Virus record (IMG/VR): IMGVR_UViG_3300042731_004976
Location: 1-64,000 of that record
DNA from: a virus
Strand: one strand, 5' to 3'
Length of the DNA stretch: 64,000 nucleotides
Positions 28,435-38,085 of this stretch are shown here, in pieces (the first letter of the stretch is position 1; each line of letters opens with the position of its first letter). A model generated the notes under the pieces. It ran no database searches and was not told the origin of the DNA. It saw only the letters and a program-made list of their open reading frames with translations. Made by a program: the position numbers and the translations under genes.

Positions 28435-30108
28435 ATGACCAAGAAAAAGATCACAGAAGCCTACGTTCCGAAGCCGGGACAGAAGCTATTGGTCGACTCC
28501 TTGCCGATCTCGCTACAACTCGTCGAAGACGGGATGTCAGGCGGCAAGCTCATGGTTCGAGGGGAGTTTGCAAGATCAGACATCGCCACCGAGAACAAGC
28601 GGGTCTATCCCCGATCTCTGTGGGAGCGTGAAATCCGAAGGCTCAACAACTCGATGCAGGAGAGGAAGCTCTTCGGCGAGTTGGACCATCCGAACGATGG
28701 GACGACGAAGCTCACCCGAGCGTCCCACATCATCACTGCGATGGAAGTTGGTCAGGACGGTACGGTCATGGGTGAAGCGGAGGTCTTGGACACCGCTCGC
28801 GGCAAAGACCTCAAGGCCATGCTCTCCGCAGGTTGCAAGGTGGGCGTCAGTTCGCGTGGCTACGGGTCCACTCGAACGAACGACAAGGGGTCGGAGGTGG
28901 TCCAGGAGGACTACAACCTCGTGACCTTCGACTTCGTTGCGGAGCCGGCAGACAGCACCGCTTACCCGGAAGTGTACAGCGAAAACGCGCCGACCCCGGC
29001 TCCGGAACAGCGGGTCAGCGAGAACAGGGAGAACGACATGGGAACCCAGGCTCAGCGAGAAGCCGATCAGGAGAAGGCCAAGGCATTTGCCGCTGCTGTT
29101 CAAGCAGAAGCCGAGGGGAGCAGCCCCGAGGATCTGGCGAAGCAGTTCGAAGCCGACATCCTGAACAACCTCGGGAAGCTCTCCGCAGAGGCACGTGAAC
29201 GCATCCGTGCTGAAATGCTGGCAGATCCGGCTGTGGGCCGCGCCAAGGAAGCGGTCGAAGCCATCAAGACCGTTCTTCGTCCGTTCGTCCTTCCGGAGGA
29301 CGTCGAGACCGTGGTGAAGCAGAAGGACGAGGAGATCGCTCGCTTGCACTCAGCACTCAAGGAGCGCGATCTCAAGATCCACGACTACGAGCAGCAGACC
29401 GAGCAGCTCGCTACCCTCGCTCGTCAGGCCGGGTTCAAGTACTTCACAGAGCGTGCTCTCAGCGGGAATCCCGACAAGAAGACCATCATCGAGTCTCTCG
29501 GTGACATGACGCAGTTCGAAAACGCCGAGGCCCTCAAGGCTGCGGTGGGCGAAATCGTCGAGTCCTTCAAGCAGCGTCGTGCTGCGGAAAAGAAAGCTCG
29601 TGCTCTCGCGGAGCAGAAGGAGAACGAGCGTCGGAAGGCTCAGGCTGCTGCCGATGCACGTGCCAAGGCTGCGGAAGAAGCCGTTCGCAGGGAGCGCGAC
29701 CAGCTCCAGGAGGCCCTCGAAAAGTCTCTGGAGTCGCACAAGCAGTTGGCCGTGCAGCTCTTTGCGGAGCGTCGTTTGGCAACGCACCCCAATCGCGGGG
29801 AGCTGAACGTACTCATGGAGCGAGTACAGCCGAAGACGAAGGAAGAGGTCGAGGCGATCATCGAAGAGCACGATCGCCTCAACGAGGAGCGTCGAGATCC
29901 AGATCAACTCGAAGCGGTTCGATCGCGAGTGCGTGAGGCCACGAAGGGCGGATCGGGAAGTACACCTTTGAACGAGGAGAGACCTTCCCCTCGATCGAGA
30001 GGTGTGACAGACTACAACGGTCTTGGTATCGATCTCGGCACTCTCAAGCAACTCAGCGGCATCGGACGAAATGGCGCTCCCGCACTTCCGCGGGGAGCCA
30101 AGAACTAG
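28435..30108 (+). CDS. prohead protease (gp21-like) fused to coiled-coil scaffold
   Basis: NKRVYP, GELDHP, GVSSRGYGS, DFVAEPA; helical C-half. Confidence 0.9.
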   Translation: MTKKKITEAYVPKPGQKLLVDSLPISLQLVEDGMSGGKLMVRGEFARSDIATENKRVYPRSLWEREIRRLNNSMQERKLFGELDHPNDGTTKLTRASHIITAMEVGQDGTVMGEAEVLDTARGKDLKAMLSAGCKVGVSSRGYGSTRTNDKGSEVVQEDYNLVTFDFVAEPADSTAYPEVYSENAPTPAPEQRVSENRENDMGTQAQREADQEKAKAFAAAVQAEAEGSSPEDLAKQFEADILNNLGKLSAEARERIRAEMLADPAVGRAKEAVEAIKTVLRPFVLPEDVETVVKQKDEEIARLHSALKERDLKIHDYEQQTEQLATLARQAGFKYFTERALSGNPDKKTIIESLGDMTQFENAEALKAAVGEIVESFKQRRAAEKKARALAEQKENERRKAQAAADARAKAAEEAVRRERDQLQEALEKSLESHKQLAVQLFAERRLATHPNRGELNVLMERVQPKTKEEVEAIIEEHDRLNEERRDPDQLEAVRSRVREATKGGSGSTPLNEERPSPRSRGVTDYNGLGIDLGTLKQLSGIGRNGAPALPRGAKN

Positions 30109-30180
30109 GGCTTAGGGCAGATCAGAAAACTCCCTAGCGCCTCTCGGGCGCAAACGAGAACGAGAGAAGGAGAACAAATC

Positions 30181-31689
30181 ATGGGAACGGAAGCACGGCA
30201 GATTCTCAACGAGGATGCCAAGCGTACGGTAGCCGACAAGAGCTACGTTGGTGCGTTGGTTCGCAAGTGGGGTGAGTTCCTCGAAGGGATGCCCGACCGA
30301 ACCGATCAGGATCGCTACACGCTCGGCGTGACTGCGGTTCTGATGGAGAACGAGTCTCAGTACCTCCAGGGGCTGAACGAGGAGACGCGGACGGTCAACG
30401 TCGGCAGCTTCACGAAGTTCATCTTCCCGGTGCTGCGTCGAGTTTTCCCGAACCTCATCGCCAACGAGATCGTCTCGGTTCAGCCGATGACAGCTCCGGT
30501 CGGTGCGGTCTTCTTCCTCGACTACATCTACGGAACGACGAAGGGTCAGACGACGCAGGGGAACATCTTCCCCCGCGACTTCGATCGGGACTACTCGTCC
30601 GAGTTCATCAATGGTGAGCCTCTCGCCACGGGTGACGGCACCAACTTCGGTGGTGGTGGCGCTGCTCTCGGTGCGACGCTGGCCTTCCAGCCGGTGCGTC
30701 AGTTGGATGCAAGCCGCGGCTTCAGTGTCGTGGTTCGGGAGCTGGCTTCGGACGGTTCGACCGTTCAGGAAGCAACCGACGACGGGACGGGTGGTTTCAC
30801 CTTCAGCCCGACGGGCGGCAGCGTTGCGGGTAACATCAACTACTCGAACGGTGCTCTGACGGCGTTCAAGTTCCAGAACGTTCCGGCGAGCGGAAACGCC
30901 ATCAAGGTCTACTACTTCTACGACGGGGAGCTGAACACCAGGGTTCCGCAGATCAACCTCGACGTGAAGAAGAGCCCTGTGGAGGCGGTGCCCCGTCGAC
31001 TCAAGGCTCTGTGGTCGGCCGAGGCGGCGGAAGACCTCCGTGCGTTCCACGGTGTGGATGCCGAGACCGAGATGGTCTCTGCCATCGCCCAGGAGATCGC
31101 GCTGGAGATCGACCGTGAGATCATTCAGGATCTCTTCGCAAACTCCACCAGCACCACGTCCACGTTCGACCGAGTCCCGCCCGCGGGCATCAACGAGCTG
31201 GACCACCTGCGTGCCCTCATCACGCAGATCAGCACGGTGTCGAACCTCATCCACAAGAAGACGCTGCGTGCGCCGGCCAACTGGATCGTCACCTCCCCCG
31301 AGGTGTCGGCTCTGCTGACCCAGCTCACGACCCACGGCGACTTCCGTCCTCTGTGGGTGTCCGGTGGCGAGAGCCCCTACGGCCCCGTGGACATGCCGCG
31401 TCCTCTGACGCAGCACGGTCAGTTCTCGATCTACAAGACGGGAACGCTGATGAACAAGTGGCTCGTGTACGAAGACCCGTTCTTCACGCGCGACCAGATG
31501 CTCATCGGCCTCAAGGGCGCGAGCTACCTCGACAGCGGGTTCGTGTGGGCTCCGTACATCCCGCTCCAGGTCACTCCGACGTTCCTCGATCCGAACGACT
31601 TCTCCTTCCGCAAGGGTCTCCGTACCCGTTACGCGAAGAAGATGCTTCGGCCCGAGTTCTACGGAAGCCTGCGCATCCTGAACCTCTGA
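30181..31689 (+). CDS. major capsid protein (T4 gp23-like)
   Basis: RRVFPNLIA, VQPMTAPVG, RRLKALWS, EIDREII, APYIPL, TRYA. Confidence 0.95.
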   Translation: MGTEARQILNEDAKRTVADKSYVGALVRKWGEFLEGMPDRTDQDRYTLGVTAVLMENESQYLQGLNEETRTVNVGSFTKFIFPVLRRVFPNLIANEIVSVQPMTAPVGAVFFLDYIYGTTKGQTTQGNIFPRDFDRDYSSEFINGEPLATGDGTNFGGGGAALGATLAFQPVRQLDASRGFSVVVRELASDGSTVQEATDDGTGGFTFSPTGGSVAGNINYSNGALTAFKFQNVPASGNAIKVYYFYDGELNTRVPQINLDVKKSPVEAVPRRLKALWSAEAAEDLRAFHGVDAETEMVSAIAQEIALEIDREIIQDLFANSTSTTSTFDRVPPAGINELDHLRALITQISTVSNLIHKKTLRAPANWIVTSPEVSALLTQLTTHGDFRPLWVSGGESPYGPVDMPRPLTQHGQFSIYKTGTLMNKWLVYEDPFFTRDQMLIGLKGASYLDSGFVWAPYIPLQVTPTFLDPNDFSFRKGLRTRYAKKMLRPEFYGSLRILNL

Positions 31690-31701
31690 GCGAGGTTCGT
31701 C

Positions 31702-31909
31702 TCCCGGCTCGGTTTCTCTTCTTCTCCTGTGGCCGAGCCGGGAAGCGTGCAGCTTGAAGAGTTCTCCGTTCTCGTTGTCGGCCACCACATCCTCTTGGGG
31801 TGTGGTGGCTTGACGTTTGTGCCTCCACAAGCGATCCCTGTTCCACACATGAAGGGACGGGGATTCCCTTTCCATGTTACAGTTCTGAGGTAACGTCCCG
31901 CGTGGACGT
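31702..31909 (+). other. multi-hairpin structured region 3' of MCP (terminator, stabiliser or ncRNA)
   Basis: Stems at 31702-31743, 31781-31809, 31814-31833, 31834-31864, 31893-31909. Confidence 0.6.
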
Positions 31910-31929
31910 ATCCAACGGACGGAGGTTTG

Positions 31930-32337
31930 ATGACGACGGCTGCGGAAATAGAGAACGAGCTGGCTTCTTTGGGTTTGGACGACAGTCCTGAAGACTCCAT
32001 CGAAGAACCCTCCCCTGAGGATCCCGAGGGAGCCCCTGTGGAGACACCCCCCTTCGTGAATACCGAAGGCGCTCCAGCGGAGGAACCTGTGGTGGTTCAA
32101 ACGAACGCGAAGCCTCTGGACGTGGCCCGTACGCTGGTGGCAGCTCTGGATCGTCTACAAGGCTACGTTGCGGAGGTTAGGGACGCTGCTCAAGCTCTTT
32201 GCGACGTGTTGGACCCATCGTCCAACGGCGTGTCAGAAACTGCTCAGGAGCCCACTCCTGAGCCCCCAACAGAGGTTCTAGACGAACCCACGGACGAAGG
32301 AGACGACGAGGATGCCTCGGTACCGCAAGAGCGCTGA
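31930..32337 (+). CDS. acidic hypothetical protein
   Basis: GGAGG SD. Confidence 0.6.
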   Translation: MTTAAEIENELASLGLDDSPEDSIEEPSPEDPEGAPVETPPFVNTEGAPAEEPVVVQTNAKPLDVARTLVAALDRLQGYVAEVRDAAQALCDVLDPSSNGVSETAQEPTPEPPTEVLDEPTDEGDDEDASVPQER

Positions 32338-32764
32338 CAAGGACGTAGTGATCATTCCCGGGGTGGGTCGGGTAGCTCCCGGACAAATCCTCGATGGGCT
32401 GGAGTATCAGCGTTTCGCTGACCTTGGGCTACTCGAAGAGATCAAGGGCGCGGCTCCGCCTCAGCCCGTTACCTCACTTCCGAAAGAAGTGAAGGTCCAG
32501 AAGGGCGTAACAGTGTCGGTGCCGGATCCTGTGCCCGTCATAGCTCCCGACATTCAAGAGATTTCTCCACCAAAGTCCTCTGGTGTCGAGATTCCGGACA
32601 CGTCTGAGATCGAAGATCCAGACCTTCGTAGGGGCTGGAAGACGGACGAAGAGAAGGACGTCGGAGAGCCCGATGAGGTCCCAGAGGAGACGGACGACTC
32701 CGAAGAGGCTAAGCTGAAGAAGCGAGCCGAGGTCCGGCGGAAAGGATCGAGGAAGAAGAAATGA
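32312..32764 (+). CDS. hypothetical virion-module protein
   Basis: Tiling. Confidence 0.6.
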   Translation: MPRYRKSADKDVVIIPGVGRVAPGQILDGLEYQRFADLGLLEEIKGAAPPQPVTSLPKEVKVQKGVTVSVPDPVPVIAPDIQEISPPKSSGVEIPDTSEIEDPDLRRGWKTDEEKDVGEPDEVPEETDDSEEAKLKKRAEVRRKGSRKKK

Positions 32765-32958
32765 ACTGTCCCAAGTGCAACGCGCCGGGCTTGATCGTGG
32801 AATCGAGTTCGGACGGTAAGACTCGACACATCAAGTGCAACTCTTGCGGGCTCAACGAGGTGAAGGACGTGCAGGGTCGATCCCTCTTGACGGAGGTACC
32901 TACGAGCCCCCACCTTCAGAGTACACCCGGAGGTCGCCAGCTTCTGACCGAGGGGTGA
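32761..32958 (+). CDS. Zn-ribbon protein
   Basis: CPKC...CNSC. Confidence 0.6.
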   Translation: MNCPKCNAPGLIVESSSDGKTRHIKCNSCGLNEVKDVQGRSLLTEVPTSPHLQSTPGGRQLLTEG

Positions 32959-32982
32959 AAATAGCCCCTTGGAGACGAAGCC

Positions 32983-33753
32983 ATGGGAAATCCTACCAAC
33001 GCCGGGAATCTGACATCCGAAGGACCGTTTCAGTCGAGACAGTTCGACTTGGACACGTTCACCGATTGGATTCTCCGCCGCCTGGGGGCTCCCTTCTTCA
33101 AGGTCGAACTCACGTGCGAGCACGTCCACGAGGCTATCGAGGGGGCTATCCGTTGGTTCGCTGCCAAGAAGGGGGTCTTCAAGTTCGGCACGATCCCCAT
33201 CCAACCAGGACGGGTCGAATACCAACTTGCTGATGAAGTGGACATCGTTCTCGACGTAGCCTTCCGCGCGCCGCAGAGCGACATCAGCCTTATCTTCTCT
33301 CCGTATCTCCTATTGGACGAGAAGGTCCCGTACGACGTCTTCGCTGCCCCTCAGAGCGTTGGGCTCTACTCCAGCTACGTGCAGACGTTGCAGTACATCG
33401 AGACGGCAAAGCGCATTCTAGGAGCTGAGCTGGATTGGGAACAAAGAGGACGCTGCTTGTTCGTGTCCCCCACGCCCCGCCAAGCTTCGGTCGCCTTCCT
33501 CGAAGTCAAGAGCAGCAAGTTCAATTACAACGAGCTGCCGGAACGGGATGCGTATCTGATCCGTCAGTACGCTCTGGCTTGGGCGATGCGCGATTTGGGC
33601 ATGGTGCGTGGGAAGTTTTCTTCGTTCCCTGGTGCCCAAGGCGACCAGACGTTGAACGCAGACTACCTCCTGAGCGAGTCGAAGGACATGTTCGAAAAGC
33701 TCAACGAGGAGATCATTCTCACTGGGTACCCCATGAAGTTTGCGGTGGGTTAG
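32983..33753 (+). CDS. neck/head-tail adaptor (gp13-like)
   Basis: ILRRLGAP..VELT, LGMVRGKFS..PG...LN. Confidence 0.8.
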   Translation: MGNPTNAGNLTSEGPFQSRQFDLDTFTDWILRRLGAPFFKVELTCEHVHEAIEGAIRWFAAKKGVFKFGTIPIQPGRVEYQLADEVDIVLDVAFRAPQSDISLIFSPYLLLDEKVPYDVFAAPQSVGLYSSYVQTLQYIETAKRILGAELDWEQRGRCLFVSPTPRQASVAFLEVKSSKFNYNELPERDAYLIRQYALAWAMRDLGMVRGKFSSFPGAQGDQTLNADYLLSESKDMFEKLNEEIILTGYPMKFAVG

Positions 33754-33768
33754 GGCATACTATGAAGT

Positions 33769-34281
33769 ATGCCATACGCCGATCCTGAGAAAGCAAGAGC
33801 CTACCGTCGTGAGTGGAAGAAGAGCCCAGAACAAAGAGCCAAAGCAGCGAAGCGTGCTCGCGAGCGCTATGCTGAGGACTCAGAATTCCGGGAGCGGAAC
33901 AAGGCCGCAGCGCGTCGATACCAGCAGGAGAATCCTCTCTCACCTGAGGAAGTCGAGAAGCGTAACAAGAAAAATGCAAAGCTCATTCGAGCCTCTCAAC
34001 TCAGGCGCCTCTATGGAATCACGGTGGAGGACTACCAGCGCCTATTTGCCAAGCAGAAAGGTTGCTGCGCGATCTGCGGTTCGAAGGAACCACGTCGAAC
34101 AGGCAGGAAACACTTGTGCGTGGATCATTGCCACGAAACCGGCAAAGTTAGGGGACTTCTCTGCGACCCATGCAACAACGGGTTTGGTCGATTTGGCGAC
34201 GACCCTCAACTTCTCAAGAGGGCAGTAGCCTACCTGGAACGCTATGACCAAAAAGAATTGCTGTCCCCCGAGTCCTCGTGA
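33769..34281 (+). CDS. endonuclease VII-family protein
   Basis: YGIT..Y, CAICG, VDHCHETGKVRGLLCDPCN. Confidence 0.9.
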   Translation: MPYADPEKARAYRREWKKSPEQRAKAAKRARERYAEDSEFRERNKAAARRYQQENPLSPEEVEKRNKKNAKLIRASQLRRLYGITVEDYQRLFAKQKGCCAICGSKEPRRTGRKHLCVDHCHETGKVRGLLCDPCNNGFGRFGDDPQLLKRAVAYLERYDQKELLSPESS

Positions 34282-34843
34282 CTGCCTTCCGTGCTTGAAC
34301 ATGCCGAAGCGCATCGAAGGGACGTGCGACTTCGATCTATCCGCGGAGAACGAAGACCTGTTCGCCTGTTGGAACCAGGAGCACACGGATGTGTCGGGCA
34401 CTACCGTGGACTACTGGGTGCAGGATCTCATCAACTCGAAGCTAGATCCGCTATACAACGAACCGGAGCTTCGTGTGTGGGCCGGACCGTTTCGCTTCAA
34501 GGCGTTCTTGGAATGGCCTGAGAAGACGTTCGAGACGCGAGAAGAAGGTGCTCGGGCTCTCTGGGAGACACAGATCTACGTGCCCCGTCTCAGCATCGAA
34601 GAATCCAACCTCCCGGGGTTCCCTCGGGAAGGAGACGTCGCGCGCATCTGGCAGATCCCCTTCTTCGACCAGTACGCTCAGGGCGTAGACTTCAACATTC
34701 CTGGGGCTGGATACTACTTCGACGTGATCAACGTCAACGAGGATGGACACGCTCTCGACAACTTCGAGTTCACTCGCTTCAAGCTCACCCTCAAGCGTCG
34801 CACGGAGTTTACGCCCGAGCGCCGTGTTCTCAACCAGACGTAG
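34244..34843 (+). CDS. neck/head closure protein (gp14-like)
   Basis: DPLYNE, PREGD motifs; position. Confidence 0.65.
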   Translation: MTKKNCCPPSPRDCLPCLNMPKRIEGTCDFDLSAENEDLFACWNQEHTDVSGTTVDYWVQDLINSKLDPLYNEPELRVWAGPFRFKAFLEWPEKTFETREEGARALWETQIYVPRLSIEESNLPGFPREGDVARIWQIPFFDQYAQGVDFNIPGAGYYFDVINVNEDGHALDNFEFTRFKLTLKRRTEFTPERRVLNQT

Positions 34844-34855
34844 GAGATCGAAAGA

Positions 34856-35140
34856 ATGGCTAAGAAGCAAATCGTCGAGGAGGCGTGGCCTCACGGGAGG
34901 CGTCGTGTCTTGAAAGAAGAGGACACAATGGATGCGGCCTCTCAGAAGATCGTTCAGCAGATCGCTCTCGGAGCGAAGGCTGCGGGACTACTCGACACCG
35001 AGAATCCTTTGGAGGACACGATGTTCGTTCTTCGCGACATCGTTCGTCATCCGAACGCTCTGAAGATGGAACTGAAGAAGATGGCGAAGTCCGGTAGTCG
35101 CGCGGCTCAGACTCTGCGAACGGTTCGCAAGGAGATCTGA
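34856..35140 (+). CDS. hypothetical protein
   Basis: AGGAG SD. Confidence 0.6.
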   Translation: MAKKQIVEEAWPHGRRRVLKEEDTMDAASQKIVQQIALGAKAAGLLDTENPLEDTMFVLRDIVRHPNALKMELKKMAKSGSRAAQTLRTVRKEI

Positions 35141-35143
35141 GCG

Positions 35144-35659
35144 TTGCCCATCACTACCGAGATGATGCAAGCAGCTGCTGCTGGCGGCCTCTCGGTAGTG
35201 TGTGCTTCCTGCGAACGTTACTGGGAAGCCCGGGAGAAGGGTATCCAAGGGGATCGATGCCTGGCTACGGACGGCTGTGGTTCTCCCCTGGCTCGTGGAA
35301 CATTCCACGAGTACCGAGGTCCCATGACTCCCGAAATGATGAAGCGCTGTTGCTTCGTCTGTGGTTCCCCCTCCGTGAAGGGTCTACGAGCTACCGGAAG
35401 TCCGCGTGTCATCGGAGTATGTGCCGAGCACTTTGCGTGGATGAACGATCCCGAAATGCGAAACCCGCTACCGTCTCAGGTTACTTCCAAACCGAAACGG
35501 AACTACCTCGACATCGATCCCAAGGTCCTGAACGGACACAAGCTGCCCTCGGAAAAATCTCTCCTGGGGACGATGCTCAAGACCGAAAAGGAGTGGGCGG
35601 ACAAGGACGGGGTCGAGTTCGACGCCATCCGCTTCCTTGGTCTGAAGCATGAGCATTGA
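35144..35659 (+). CDS. Cys-rich hypothetical protein
   Basis: Several CxxC. Confidence 0.6.
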   Translation: MPITTEMMQAAAAGGLSVVCASCERYWEAREKGIQGDRCLATDGCGSPLARGTFHEYRGPMTPEMMKRCCFVCGSPSVKGLRATGSPRVIGVCAEHFAWMNDPEMRNPLPSQVTSKPKRNYLDIDPKVLNGHKLPSEKSLLGTMLKTEKEWADKDGVEFDAIRFLGLKHEH

Positions 35660-36485
35660 CGTTCGAGTCCGCAGTCCGCAGGCGGGCAACCTAGACAAGC
35701 TGCTCCGGGAATGGCCGAAGCGACTGGAGCACGTCAAGGCGCAGCTCACTTACCTCGCAACCGAGTACGTACACGAGGAGATTCAGAGTCGGATCCCAAA
35801 CGATCAGGAGTACGGGAGTTATCGACGAGGGTTGACCTTCTCCAGGGTAATGGGGACCGGGAAGGACGTCGTCTATGCAGTACATATCAACCCGAAGAGC
35901 ACCAAAGTCCGGAAAATAGAGGCGAAAAATACGCTCCTCTACGTCAAAGCAAAGAGACGATCTCGAAGGACTCCTCCGGAGATCGCTGTTCTGGAGCGCT
36001 ACAATCCGTGGACTGTCCGTACTTTGCCCTTCGCGCCCAACAAGCGCTGGGCGATCGTAGTTTCTCAGAAGGCAAATCCCACCACCGTTGCGAAGGTGGA
36101 GGCTAAAAGGCAGCACCAACGGCCTGAATGGAGGCGCGCCCTGACCGAAGTCGGCGTCCGAACCATCAAAAAAGATCAGGGGATCAAGCTGTCCAAGAAG
36201 CTCGAAGCACTTCCCGATGTAGCTCTGGACGGTATTCGGCTAGAATTCGGTCTCGGTAATAGAGCAGAGCCTCACTGGCGACCTGCTATCCTAGGTCTCA
36301 GGAAGACCTTCTTCCGGAGACTGTTACGAACACGAAGAGGCAAGGAACTGATCGCAGCGCTCACAAACTCTCGCTTCAAGAAATGGACGAAGTGGCCTAA
36401 GAGGATGAGAGGAAAACTCCGCGCGGGCGAGGCGAAGAAGTTCGTAGGATTCCAGAAGCGCCTCGGCATACGGGGACAGAAGTAA
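35649..36485 (+). CDS. basic virion morphogenesis protein (tail completion-like)
   Basis: Position; PHWRPA motif. Confidence 0.5.
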   Translation: MSIDVRVRSPQAGNLDKLLREWPKRLEHVKAQLTYLATEYVHEEIQSRIPNDQEYGSYRRGLTFSRVMGTGKDVVYAVHINPKSTKVRKIEAKNTLLYVKAKRRSRRTPPEIAVLERYNPWTVRTLPFAPNKRWAIVVSQKANPTTVAKVEAKRQHQRPEWRRALTEVGVRTIKKDQGIKLSKKLEALPDVALDGIRLEFGLGNRAEPHWRPAILGLRKTFFRRLLRTRRGKELIAALTNSRFKKWTKWPKRMRGKLRAGEAKKFVGFQKRLGIRGQK

Positions 36486-36497
36486 GGAGAACGATCG

Positions 36498-36908
36498 ATG
36501 AACAACCGGATCAATGCGGTACTCGAAAACATCCGAGCGACCATGGAAGGCGAGGGCGACGACGCCACTGCTTACGGTCCTTCGGTTTCCGGAGACGTTG
36601 GAGGTGCAACGAACGCCGATGCTGAGGCAGGTGCCGGCGGAGCGGTGAACCCGAGCGATGTCAGCAACACGCTCGACCTCTACCTCTCGGAGATCTCCGA
36701 CCTCCTCACCCTGGAGTACGGCAAGAACGAGAACGAAGCGATGAACTTCGTGTTCAGTGCAGCTTCGGCTCTCGCTCGTGAAGGCGTCATTCCCGAGGTT
36801 CCGAGCGACAGCGCTACGGACGACGAGGTGGCTCAGTGGCTCGGCAAGGCCAAGAGCGTCCAGTTCGCGTCCCACGTGCTGAACCGCGCTCGTGAGATGA
36901 GCAAGTAG
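36498..36908 (+). CDS. putative internal head protein
   Basis: AAGGAG SD; leader INAVLENIRATME. Confidence 0.6.
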   Translation: MNNRINAVLENIRATMEGEGDDATAYGPSVSGDVGGATNADAEAGAGGAVNPSDVSNTLDLYLSEISDLLTLEYGKNENEAMNFVFSAASALAREGVIPEVPSDSATDDEVAQWLGKAKSVQFASHVLNRAREMSK

Positions 36909-36927
36909 GGGGTAACACCAGGGCCCC

Positions 36928-37707
36928 ATGGCTCAGGAGCTACCCACCCTATCGCCTGTAGAACGGGCACGCTTAGTCGCTCGACGCTTCGGTGCTGAGC
37001 GACAAGGGCGGGTGACCATCCGAGACTTCGACCAAGGAATGGTCGAGACCCTTGGTGCTTGTGTCTACCCAGACCTCTCGGTCCCGGACAACCAGCGGTA
37101 CTGGTTGAAACTCGACGGCATTGATCCCCCTCCGGGAAAGCCGGGCGTCCTCGTGACGTTCAGCTTCCCGGAGGCCGAGTTCAAATCGTACGTCGTTCCT
37201 CTCGTACTCTTCCGTAGGGACGATATCTCGCCAGCGAACGAGCGATGGCACTCCGTTGGGCACGAAGGGTACCGGGCTCCAGCCCCCGACGCCAACAAGG
37301 TGATCGTTCCGAATACAGCTCCCGCCAGTGTCGCTGGCAAGACTGGGTACGATCGCGTTGAGGTGGGCCTAGCACCCATCCCCTTCGATATCACCTACAC
37401 GATCTCGATCTTCTGTCATTACCGCGGAGCCATCGGGCAACGTGGGCAGGTGAATTCGATCCTGGGACATGTCCTCCGGATCTTCCCGCCGTATGGGAAG
37501 GTTTACGTGAAGGACGACATCGGAGACTACCGCGGGTACTACACCTTCACGGAGTCGACTTCCGTTCTGGACGAACACCCCGAAGTTGCGGAGCGCATAA
37601 TCGGTTTTGGTGTAACCGTTCGTGTTGAGGCTGAACTCGATCTATCGGAACCGACGATCCACAGAACAGTCACTCAACCATTGACCGTCAACCTCAAGCA
37701 ACTGTAA
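36928..37707 (+). CDS. tail terminator/sheath stabiliser (gp15-like)
   Basis: IRDFD, PIPFDITYTI; upstream of sheath. Confidence 0.65.
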   Translation: MAQELPTLSPVERARLVARRFGAERQGRVTIRDFDQGMVETLGACVYPDLSVPDNQRYWLKLDGIDPPPGKPGVLVTFSFPEAEFKSYVVPLVLFRRDDISPANERWHSVGHEGYRAPAPDANKVIVPNTAPASVAGKTGYDRVEVGLAPIPFDITYTISIFCHYRGAIGQRGQVNSILGHVLRIFPPYGKVYVKDDIGDYRGYYTFTESTSVLDEHPEVAERIIGFGVTVRVEAELDLSEPTIHRTVTQPLTVNLKQL

Positions 37708-37718
37708 GGTGGTGACAG

Positions 37719-38051
37719 ATGGGCAGGTACTTCAACAAAGGACGCGGCAGTCTTCCTCTGACTCTGAGTGATGGGAAGTCCGTCTCCGTACCTGGCAATT
37801 CTTGGATCGTCCTCGAAGGACGTGACGAAACGACCGCAAGCGTGCGGCGTGCTGTTCGGAAGGAGCAACTCTTCCAGCAGATCGCAAAGAAGCAGCCTGC
37901 GGCTTCAGCAACGAAGAAGACAGAGGTGAAGACCACGGCAACTCCTGCCGGGGAAGAGGCTCCTGCGGATACCGCAGCCGAGGAGTCGAAGCCTACAGAA
38001 GCGGCACCGAAGAAAGCGCGGCGCAGCCGTGCTCGCGCAACAGCCGAGTAG
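37719..38051 (+). CDS. small tail-module protein
   Basis: AAGGTGG SD; precedes sheath. Confidence 0.6.
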   Translation: MGRYFNKGRGSLPLTLSDGKSVSVPGNSWIVLEGRDETTASVRRAVRKEQLFQQIAKKQPAASATKKTEVKTTATPAGEEAPADTAAEESKPTEAAPKKARRSRARATAE

Positions 38052-38085
38052 TTCGTAGGTTTCCAAAAAACCCAGGAGGTAGACC

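Noticed and set aside
30112-32100. Long minus-strand ORFs opposite MCP, RtcB (48670-50067), ARH and sheath
   Set aside because: Antisense shadows expected from high-GC codon bias; the + strand genes have clear family motifs.
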